Of a stretch of 64,000 nt of DNA, positions 12,306 to 22,810 are shown piece by piece. This stretch comes from Octopus vulgaris (lineage: Eukaryota). Both the position numbers and the translations under genes were made by a program. Positions within the stretch are counted from its first letter, which is position 1, and every line of letters begins with the position of its first letter. A model generated the notes under the pieces. That model was not told the DNA's origin and ran no database searches. It was given only the letters and a program-made list of their open reading frames with translations. The DNA lies in contig OX597826.1 in the NCBI GenBank assembly GCA_951406725.2, forward strand, positions 45,942,001 to 46,006,000. Reading direction: 5' to 3'.

Positions 12306-13434
12306 GCCACTTCCATTAGCACACAAATAGTGAGCGGTGTCCCGCAGGGCACTGTTTTGGGACCACTACTGTTCATAATGGCCCTCTCAGACATGCCCTC
12401 AGCCACGCAGAGAGCCACGATCACAAGTTATGCAGATGATACAAAAGTTTCACAGGCAATACAGAACCCTGAAGACACTAAGCACCTGCAATGTGAGCTG
12501 GACGAAATATACAAGTGGGCTGAAAAGAATAGCATGCAGTTCAATGCTGAAAAGTTTCAAGCTTTATACTATCAGCATGCAAAACTGAATGCAATACCCA
12601 ATGAATACACTGGACCCGGAGGGATTGCAATCCCAGAGGCACAATCAGTGCGTGACCTGGGTATTCACATGAGTGATGACGCGACCTTTCATGTACATGT
12701 TGCTAAACTGACATTGAAATGTAGACGGCTGGCTGGATGGATTCTTAGAACATTTAGAACAAGAGAACAAGAAACCATGATGGTCCTCTGGAAGACACTT
12801 GTCCTAAGCCACTTTGACTATTGCTCTCAGCTATGGTCACCATCCAGTGTCAAGTTGATCACAGAACTTGAGGCGATCCAACGAAGCTACACGAAGAAGA
12901 TAGCCTCTGTGCAGCATATGAGCTACTGGGAGAGACTCAAGAGATTAAAGCTCTATTCCCTGGAGCGTAGGCGAGAAAGATATGCCATAATATATATCTG
13001 GAAGATCCTGGAAGGTCTTGTCCCAGACTTTGGCATCGAAAGTCACACAAATGCCAGAACCGGACGCCACTGCGTAGTACCAAGGACTCCAAATTTGCCA
13101 TCAAGATGTAGGACAAGATATTGTGATAGCCTGGGCTTCAGAGGCCCACGGCTCTTCAATATCCTCCCGAAGAACCTGAGGGACCTGCATGGTGTGGATG
13201 CGGATGTCTTTAAAGTAGGACTGGATCTCTTCCTGTCAGGTGTCCCGGATGAACCAACTTCACGGCAGGAGGCGCAGATGAGGGCAGCTGCATCGAACTC
13301 TCTCATGCATCAGATGGCGTTTGCTAAAAAGCATCCGTGAGGTGAAGCCGTGTAGCAAACCAAATGGCGGTGCCCCAGCATGGCCACAGCTCTTTAGCTG
13401 AAACTGGAAAATCAAAATCAAAATCAAAATCAAA
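12306..13434 (+). mobile_element. 5'-truncated CR1/L2-group LINE with an uninterrupted RT C-terminal frame (12330-13340)
   Basis: SGVPQGTVLGPLLF, YADD, VRDLGI, LERRRER and a 336-aa open frame. Short 3'UTR ends in (AAAATC)n. Confidence 0.93.
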
Positions 13435-13499
13435 CATATAATCTGTATAGCATATTAAAATTAATGTTAAAATACAGTATGCATCATTGATCCTGAGTG

Positions 13500-14261
13500 T
13501 CGTCGTTTTACGTAGTAGAAAATGCAAGAGGCTTTGTCTCATTTCGATAAATGTCTTGCTTAATTTGAGGAAATGGATCCCAATGCACAACGTTTTGTAA
13601 AAATATTGGGGGTTGTCAAGATACTATTGCACCTTATTACTTCATCCTTGAAGAGATGAAAAAGACAATTCAAGGAACTTTGAACAAGTTCGTACAACGA
13701 TTTACACCATCACAGCAGGAGTCAGCTGACGTTCCCCAACCATCGACATCTAGCGTGTAATCCCCTCCTCCTCCTACATCAGCCTCAACGAGTATCTATT
13801 TCTTTACTGCCCACAAGGGGCTAAACACAGAGAGGACAAACAAGGACAGACAAACGGATTAAGTCGATTATATCGACCCCAGTTCGTAACTGGTACTTAT
13901 TTAAACGACCCCGAAATAATGAAAGGCAAAGTCGACCTCGGCGGAATTTGAACTCAGAACGTAACGGCAGACGAAATACGGCTACGCATTTCACCCGGCG
14001 TGCTAACGTTTCTGCCAGCTCCGAGTATCACCGACATCAGCCATCAGGTAGAAAACAGTACGGCGTTTGAAATTATTTCTTTCTAATGTAAAAGTAGCTT
14101 AGGCTTGCCTAACAATTTACCGAGTTCTTATGCTAACATAAAAACAATCTAGGCTAGCCTAGGTTTTAATTAATACCTGTATATACATTTAAATAATGGT
14201 TTATTTCGACTTAAGTCATGTCCTCTGGAACCAATTAACGACGTAGAGTGAGGTATGATTG
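13500..14261 (+). mobile_element. Tigger/pogo-like DNA transposon 3' remnant with right TIR
   Basis: FEEMDPNAQRFVKI..YYFILEEMKKTIQGTLNKF..PQPSTS resembles Tigger transposase C-termini. The terminus reads CAATCATACCTC on the minus strand. It contains a SINE-B insertion with a CGAGTATC TSD. Confidence 0.6.
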
Positions 14262-14264
14262 TGC

Positions 14265-14344
<80 letters not shown>

Positions 14345-14406
14345 ATGCAAGTATACACACACACGCATATATATATATATACACATGTATGTATATGATG
14401 TATGTA

Positions 14407-14490
<84 letters not shown>

Positions 14491-14751
14491 TAGAGATAAA
14501 ACCACTATTATGCAACTCAAGCAGTGATAGACAGAAACCAAAACATAAATAACAAACAATATATATTTTTATAAAACATATAACTAGATCTCAAAAAGTA
14601 TAAAAATGAATGATCAATATATAAGTAAAAAAACTGCGTACGTTTCATGGCTACAATTAAATTCGAATGACAATTAAATTTAAATTGTGAAATTTGATTT
14701 AATACTAAATTCAATTTTTCCCTGTAAGTTTGGAGTTATACTCCCTAATAT

Positions 14752-14784
<33 letters not shown>

Positions 14785-14919
14785 CAAATATTCTCTGTAT
14801 ACATTACACTTTGTAATGCTCAAGCGGTTTAAGCTTGAGCAAGTATAGAAGCAAATGTGAGGATATGCATGTTAGGCAGGGGTCAGTATGCAAATATATT
14901 AAATACATGAAAATAGAAA

Positions 14920-16050
14920 AAAAATGTACGTATGTTTGCATACAAAAAAGGTATGACTTACCCTGAATAGAAATGATATGAAGAATTAAATAGGTTGAAG
15001 AAAAGTATTACAAATCCAACAGTTACTTCTGGTGGTCTAAAATAATATTTGTAGATTGCTAGGCTGACTTTGTCTTGGTTCAAGATTACATTTAGGTATG
15101 GATACTAATAGTTTTGGTATTAAATAGATTTAATAAAATACGTGAAAGATCAGAAATACCTGTCTTCGCAAAACAAAATTACATCTGAGAATCTATTAAA
15201 TAATGAGGAGTTGTGAAGGCGAAGAATGGTTAGCGATTCTCTTAAACATAATTTACACATATCAATGTTGGCATTGTTTGGATGAGTTTCACTTTACTAT
15301 TGACCAAGATAAGGCCTGTGGAATATTTTAGTATTTAAGGTGGTTGATAATTTAAAATTTGGATTGGAGAAAGAATTCATGTGTGCACAATAGCGGCGCT
15401 TGAAATCAACTGTACCACCGATATATACCCTTGCTACATGGCACTTGTAGATTACATTCTTACGTAAACAAAAGGCTCCAAGAGGGCATAGTTGAGAAAC
15501 CCAACAATTGCAAGTGTACCTACCTGCTCTGTGGTTAGAGTTTACTGCTAGGGAAGTTGAACTCCGTTGGTCCATTATTAGTGAGGAAGGACCAAAAGTA
15601 CAATCTGTATCAGTATTGGATTGGGAGGTAGTATTGCAGCTAGTATATATTGTCGAGTGGGTAGAATTGTGGGAAGATGGCTTGAGTTTGGTATTACTAA
15701 GATGAGTGGGGTTACTAAGGGTTGTATTATCGCTATTCGGTGAGTTAATTTGAGGTGCAGTGTGAGGGTTTGGGTATTATGAGGACTGGTGTTGAAGTTT
15801 GCGTCTTCTTACTATCAACACTTCACATGTAAGTTCCCTTCACTGAAGACGGAGGCTCGTTTCATCTGACGATGGAATCAATCTACAAACATTATTTTGG
15901 ACCATCGTGCTCCCAGAAACAGCTGTTGGATTTGTAATACTTTTCTTCAACCCCTTAATCTTTGATATCAATCAATTTTATTCTGTATAAATAAGACCTT
16001 TTTGTATGTAAACATTTGTATATATACATTTTTTGCATTTCATTTATTTA
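14920..16050 (-). mobile_element. Penelope-like 3' fragment: GIY-YIG endonuclease flanked by inverted terminal copies
   Basis: CNC..CPLGAFCL..VIYKC..YIGGT.DFKRR..HMNSF (15530-15370), then CKLCLRE..LFNRFS..C (15260-15165). 15001-15058 is the reverse complement of ~15879-15945. Confidence 0.82.
15838..15930 (+). ncRNA. Hammerhead-like motif next to the GIY-YIG remnant
   Basis: CUGAAGA-C-GGAGGCUCG...CGUGCUCCC-A-GAAACAGCUGUU. Confidence 0.55.
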
Positions 16051-16097
16051 ATATACTTTGTATATTGACCTGCCTAACTAGCTTATCATTACACTTG

Positions 16098-16177
<80 letters not shown>

Positions 16178-16826
16178 GCAAATATAGGCGCAGGCGTGGC
16201 TGTGTGGTAATAAGCTTGCTTCCCAACCACATGGTTCCAGGTTCAGTTCCACTGTGTTGCACTTTGGGAAAATGCTTCCTAATATAACCTCAGGTCGACC
16301 AAGCCTTGTGAGTGGATTTAGTTGATGGAAACTGAGAAGCCCATCGTATATATGAATATATTTATGTGTGTCCCTCGCCATCGCTTGACAACCGATGTTG
16401 GTGTGTTTACGCTTCGGCAAAAGAGTCCGATAGAATAAGTACTAGGCTTACAAAAAATAAGTCCTGGGGTCGATTTGTTCGACTAAAGGTGGTGTTCCAG
16501 CATGGCCGCAGTCAAATGGCTGAAACAAGGAAAAAAAATTTAAATGTATGTATGCATGTATAAATCCTTAAGAATGTTTTAGCCTGAAGGCCGCGGCCAT
16601 GCTGGGGCACCACCGCTGGAAATGTATATTAATATTAATATATACTCCAGACAGTTTTTACTGTCCAGCGAAGAGAACACGGAATTACCCACCGGAAGAA
16701 TTCACAGAGTGACTAACAACTAATTGTAGTCGCAGACGTTAAATTCTAGGCGTTAACAGGAACTTAGCTGAGAACTAATGCGGTATCCACCCGGATATTA
16801 TATCATTCCGAACTCACTTTTATATA

Positions 16827-16875
<49 letters not shown>

Positions 16876-16962
16876 AAATATGATTTTGATATAACAAATG
16901 AATATAAATATATATATATATATATTATTTGTCATATATATATATATATATTTATATATGAA

Positions 16963-17073
<111 letters not shown>

Positions 17074-17075
17074 GA

Positions 17076-17107
<32 letters not shown>

Positions 17108-17109
17108 GA

Positions 17110-17177
<68 letters not shown>

Positions 17178-17181
<4 letters not shown>

Positions 17182-17475
17182 AGGCGCAATGGCCCAGTGG
17201 TTAGGGCAGCGGACTCGCGGTCGTAGGATCGCGGTTTCGATTCCCAGACCGGGCGTTATGAGTGTTTATTGAGCGAAAACACCTAAAAGCTCCACGAGGC
17301 TCCGTTAGGGGGTGGTGATCCCTGCTGTACTTTTTCACCACTCTTTCTCCCACTCTTTCTTCTGTTGGCCTGCTCGCTTAGCCAGCGGGGTGGCGTCATT
17401 CGAAGGCTAAAACAATGCGAACGCACTGTGACCAGCGATGTGTAACTACATCTGGTGGACTGGTCGGTCACGTGA
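17178..17475 (+). mobile_element. SINE family C copy
   Basis: tRNA-like head with a CTCGC loop. Matches 917-1217. Confidence 0.87.
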
Positions 17476-17777
17476 TATATATATATATCTGTGTGTGTTT
17501 GTGTGTGTGTGTGTGTGTGTAACAGATAAAATTTTCATGCTTTACAACTCTATGTCAGAAGTTTCTCTAAAATGGCTAGAGCTGTTTCACGTTTGTTTCT
17601 ACAATGTTAATACTGTAGACATTGTTATCGTGATCCTAAGCGTTTTGAAGTTTGTATGTTAATTTTATTCCAACCCTGGTTAGCTTCCGTGCACAAATCA
17701 GTGAATGTTTTGTTTGCAGATTTCTAAATCTGTAAAAAGTATTTTGCGGCTTAGTTCAGAATGTCCGTAAGCGTTCA

Positions 17778-17817
17778 CCACTGAGGAGACCAAATCAAAT
17801 TGAAACACTTCGTCTGG
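17778..17817 (+). ncRNA. Hammerhead ribozyme motif
   Basis: CCA-CUGAGGA-GAC..AUU-GAAAC-ACUUC-GUC-UGG. Stem II is weakened. Confidence 0.55.
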
Positions 17818-18181
17818 CAATCTGCCGACAATGTTCTGAGCGAAGCCTTGCTTTTTTTTTTAACAAAGAAGTTTCTTTGAAGAATTTCTGTGAAGTAAAA
17901 TGTTATATCCATTGTCGTTCCATGTTAATATGCACATAATAAATGTTATACACACCAGTATTTTAATCTAATGCTGTTTCCATATCTTATTCGAACAGTT
18001 GTATTTACTTATGTACATTGAATTAAATGAATTGAATATCATCCGTGTTATCCTGTACTAATTTGAAGTTTTCACCGCATAAAGTGAAAATAATATTAAA
18101 TATATGATAATTGTATTTAGTTGCTATAGGCAAGATAAGCAAAAAAGTGGGAATGCTTACATTGGGATAGAGTTCCGTATA

Positions 18182-18444
18182 GTCGTGTTGTCTTGTAGTT
18201 CAATATTACAGCTTTTATAATTTTTAGCAAAGCTTCTAAAACCTTCGACAAAACTATTAGGCGGGAATTAAATGTATGATACTTGTTCATAGTTGTGATA
18301 GACAGAATAAGTAGAAAAATTGGGAACTGAGTCGCAGAGTTCAGTGTTGAGCCTGCGGTCGTGTTGTTTTGTAATTCAATATCCCAGCTTTTATAACTTT
18401 TAGCAAACCTTCTAAAACCTTCGACAAACTATTTAGTGGGAATT
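18182..18444. repeat. Imperfect direct repeat, ~88-bp units spaced ~176 bp apart
   Basis: GTCGTGTTGT..CTTCTAAAACCTTCGACAAA..GGGAATT at 18182 and 18358. Confidence 0.8.
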
Positions 18445-19549
18445 TCACACAACTTAGTTTCAAGTTACCCGCGTTATTTGTTACATACTGATTAGTAGAA
18501 CAATGTCTACGTTGGTGGTTTTGCCTTTTGTGGCGATAGTTAATTTCTCGCATGGTCTCGCCTTTTACGGAAATATAATTGGATTGTGGTTCTAAATCGT
18601 AAACCTGAGATGGTTCGAAACTAAGTAAAAGTTTCACTATGCAATCATTGGTAATGTTACAATAAGTCTTTCTGAGAAGCTATTCATACGGAAATGAAAT
18701 CATATATTATAACTCAAATATCGAATAAAATACGTCTTAGACGTAAAAACAAAGAAAGAAATAGCGAACGGGATCATGAACGGAAATCGAACCTTATGTC
18801 CGTTGATTACCGGATATACCACCAAGGAGAGTACTATACCAAGGTGAGTAACAAATAAGTTAATGGATTTAGTTGAATTAAAACTTCTGCCGTGAATTTT
18901 ATTACGTCTTAAACATAAATTTTAAATTTCAATTCTTCTGGATTAATATTTGTAAAAAAAAAATTGCTTCCGTTTGAAATATTTCGAAATTTGAAAATAA
19001 TTCATTTAAAGAAGGTGTTCATATGGAAATGAAACTATAAATCAGTGATAGGCAACCTGCGTCCCGCGGGACTCTCATAGTCTAGTTATTTTCAACGATT
19101 CACAACCAAGATGGAGACCCACAGTACCTCTAATAGCAGTAAATAACGGCTTTTTTAGCCTAGTAGTTGTATTATTAATTGTTTGTCATAAAAATATAAG
19201 TCTGTAATTATTATTTTTTTTTTTGGTGGAATGTTATTAAAATATCACTAATTGGTTATCAACACAAATGAATACTAATGTATGTATTTAAAATTATTCC
19301 AACCCCGACCCTCATATTTAACTTTTATATTTGGCTGTAAATTTCGTGTTACTAATTTTAAGACTCACCACAATCTTCTTTAATATTCTTGCTGTTCTTT
19401 ACCGTTTTAGACATATTCATTACAATTAAAGCAATTATCCGTCAAAATTTTGAAGAAGCAAAATTTGTATATGATTATTGAAAAGTATACAAATTATCTT
19501 TAAAATAAACGTACATAAATATTACTGCATACATGAATTTCTTAACTTA

Positions 19550-19925
19550 TACTCTTTTACTTGTTTCAGTCATTTTGACTGCGGCCATGCTGGAGCACCG
19601 CCTTTAGTCGAGCAAATCGACCCCAGGACTTATTCTTTTGTAAGCCCAGTACTTATTCTATCAGTCTCTTTGCCGAACCGCTAAGGGACGGGGACGTAAA
19701 CACACTAGCATCGGTTGTCAAGCAATGCTAGGGGGACAAACACAAACACACACACGCACACATACATATATATATATACATATATACGACAGGCTTCTTT
19801 CAGTTTCCGTCTACCAAATCCACTCACAAGGCTTTGGTCGGCCCGAGGCTATAGCAGAAGACACTTGCCTAAGGTGCCACGCAGTGGGACTGAACCCGGA
19901 ACCATGTGGCTGGTTAGCAAGCTAC
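19550..19925 (-). mobile_element. SINE family A copy
   Basis: Colinear with 3907-4324. Confidence 0.88.
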
Positions 19926-20120
19926 GTATTTAACAATAAAACTGCGAGTATATATTTTGTTCGTATCTTTCAGCTCTGAAACGGCAGAAAATTACCATAA
20001 TGTGAATCATACATTGATTAAACAAGTTTAGCCACCCCTAAAATCAAGCCTTATATTTATAATAATAAAAACACACCTATGCTTAAGTGCAGTATGTGTG
20101 GACATAATATAACTAAATAA

Positions 20121-20545
20121 AGGGCGGTAAGCTGGCAGAAACGTTAACACGCCGGGCGAAATGCCTAGCGGTATTTCGTCTGCCGCTACGTTCTGAGTTC
20201 AAATTCCACCGCGGTTGACCTTGCCTTTCATCCTTTCGGGGTCGATTAAATAAGAACCAGTTACGCACTGGGGTCGATGTAATCGACTTAATCCGTTTGT
20301 CTGTCCTTGTTTGTCCCCTCTGTGTTTAGCCCCTTGTGGGTAGTAAAGAAATAGGTATTTCGTCTGCCGCTACGTTCTGAGTTCAAATTCCACCGAGGTC
20401 GACTTTGCCTTTTATCATTTCGGGGTCGATTAAATAAGTACCAGTTACAGTTACATAAACCTCAGTGCGGTCGATGTAATTGACTTAACCCCTTTGTCTG
20501 TCCTTGCTTGTCCCCTCTATGTTTAGCCCCCTATGGGCAATAAAT
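20121..20545 (+). mobile_element. Dimeric SINE-B (full monomer plus headless monomer)
   Basis: Junction GTAAAGAAATAGGTATTT. The same junction occurs in 47920-48323. Confidence 0.85.
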
Positions 20546-20937
20546 AAATAAAAATAAATATAACTAAATAATGATGTTTCTGTGGAGATAGGCTTCACAA
20601 ATGTAAATGTCACTTTTATTAAGCCATGACTAACATGCATACAACGTAAAGAATACGTTTTTAGTTCCTTTACCAACGACTAGACTTCTATCACCGACTA
20701 ACTATGGGGGTTATAAAATCAATGTGTTTATTTCCGTCAAGGATTGTTTACATCCTATGTTTATACATGAGTTGAAGCAGAAGTGAACACCGAGAAGGAA
20801 ATTGTCTGTGACATTTAGCTCATTAATGTTAAAAAGCAACGTTATCACTTCCTCGCATTTCGAAATATAAACTATTCTGTTAAGTGCTGTTAGCACGGCT
20901 ATTACTGATTAGTTCTTGTTTCTGCTACGTCATATAG

Positions 20938-21093
20938 CTTTTGTTGAAAGATTCCTTGAAGTGTCCACCCTTACATTTGTGGAAACTCAAACAGAGTATG
21001 CGTCATTTGATTTTATTTGGCGCGGTAGAGGGGTTCGGTCATCTCAATGGGAAATTTTACTAAGAATAGAGAACAAAATATATGAGTCAGAGG
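20938..21093 (+). CDS. Candidate internal exon of an unrecognised gene (FVERFLEVSTLTFVETQTEYASFDFIWRGRGVRSSQWEILLRIENKIYESE)
   Basis: Branch-like TACTGAT, TAG acceptor and GTGAGT donor. 156 nt, symmetric phase 1-1, open and non-repetitive. No family recognised. Confidence 0.35.
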
Positions 21094-21359
21094 GTGAGTC
21101 TACCTTACAGAAATCCTTTACTTCAAAAGTTATCAGCTCAACGCTGATATTCCCAACATTATACAATCGTACAAAAAACAGAAAAAAGAAAAGACCAAAG
21201 AAATTCGTCTGTTAATTACCGTAATTATGGTTCGACTAATAGTTGATTTCTGAGTATAAGACGAAACTGTGTTCAAATATATAACCTCGCAGACATGCTT
21301 ACAATGGACAGCGATTTTCAACTATCTTGATTTTCTTGGGTGAAAATTATTCAACACTT

Positions 21360-22256
21360 TCAATTTAAGATATTCTTAAAATCCTTTACCAAGCAATTAT
21401 TATTTTCAGTAAATATTATATAAAATAATCAAGATGTTTGCTAGGAGTAGTTCTTTTTTGTTTTATCCAGCTTTCGCAATAGCTGAAAGAAAATACTCTG
21501 AAGTCAAATTTGGTTTAATCCATCAAATACTCAGCTGACATCGGAATAACCAAGATGGTAACTCTAGACCAGTGGTTCCCAAAGTGAGTGATATTGTCCA
21601 CCACCCTGGGAGGGGGGAGTTCCAAGGGGGCGTTGAAGAAACTTGGGGCGATAATGGGGTTGTAATTCTTGTAAAAAACTGGAGCCATAATGGGGTGGCG
21701 ATTCATGTAAAAGCAACAAAATAATGGATTCATTAGGTTAAGTTTTATTTGTGAAATACAATTGCCTTGGATTTGCTTCAGAAAAAGGTTTATGTTTGTG
21801 ATGGTTAGTTATGGGGGGGGGGCACCAGAAATGTGGCCTGGGTGTCAAGGGGGCGGCAGCCCGAAAAAGTTTGGGAACCACTGTTCTAGACATTCAAAGG
21901 TTAGTTATTCCAAGATTTCTTTGATTCAAGTTACTGACCTGAGTGGTACTTTTATCTCAAGAAGAAGACACACATTCAAAGATGCATTTTTTAGCGCCAT
22001 ACGTAAGATTAATTTTGAGGATCTGATCCAAATTTTTGCTATTAAAAGAAGTAGGCGAAAACTTTTATAATATTAATGAAGAGGAGATTTACAAAAATAA
22101 ACATTATCTTCCGTCTTACTGTTAGTTTTGATTCATTCTGAAAAATGAAAATAAATTTTATGGTTTGTTATTGTTTATATTTTGAATTATATATAAATGT
22201 GTGCACCAAAAATCCTTTAAGTGCTTAGGGCCTCTATAAGTCTTAATCCGACCCTG
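21360..22256 (+). mobile_element. Old hAT transposase 3' remnant hosting the MITE
   Basis: C-terminal INFEDLIQIFAIKRSRRKLL* (hAT dimerisation-domain-like end) and terminal TTAATCCGACCCTG. The left boundary is uncertain. Confidence 0.55.
21570..21883. mobile_element. hAT (Charlie-like) MITE
   Basis: TIRs CAGTGGTTCCCAAA / TTTGGGAACCACTG. 8-bp TSD CTCTAGAC / TTCTAGAC (NTCTAGAN target). Confidence 0.92.
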
Positions 22257-22724
22257 TGTGCACGCATCTGTAGGAAGGCCAATATTACGACTTGTACCGT
22301 GCCATATTTGCATATATATTATGTTCAAAACACCGGTCTTTTAATCTAAGACTATTTTCAATTGCCTTCTTTGCTTTCTGATCTATTTACTATTTAGGTC
22401 ATGGTTATCCACAATCACTGTAGTTGTATTCTACGAGTCAGATAAATATATATTCTAAAGCTGAGCGCTAAGAGTGTTGGATAGAATATTCTCATGAGCG
22501 CAGATGTTTCTTCGCAAACTGGTCGGCTGCACCATAAAAATAAGCGTTGGCTCTTCCCCCATTAGTGTTCCCCTCACACACACACACACACACACACATA
22601 CACACAACTTTAATATGTACAGGTCCATACACACGCATGTATACGATCACATGGTTTTAAAATTAACCCTCATCCTTCATCCATAACTCCATTGAACTAA
22701 ATGTTCTTTTTCTTTTCATCGCAG

Positions 22725-22810
22725 TGATTTCTTTTATGAAGTATTATTCCAGATTTTACGACAGCTCTGACACCCAAAAACTGGATGTGACATTTTCAGG
22801 CTTCCAGTAA
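22725..22810 (+). CDS. Candidate terminal exon (VISFMKYYSRFYDSSDTQKLDVTFSGFQ*)
   Basis: Strong TTCTTTTTCTTTTCATCGCAG acceptor. Open in phase 1, compatible with 20938-21093. Confidence 0.28.

Noticed and set aside
20665-20785. Open stretch after a TTTTTAG acceptor between the candidate exons
   Set aside because: No good donor in a phase that links 18843 to 20938.
22488-22527. Hammerhead-like CTCATGA-GCG..CGC-AAACTGGTC
   Set aside because: Two catalytic core positions are altered and stem I is absent. At best it is a dead relic.
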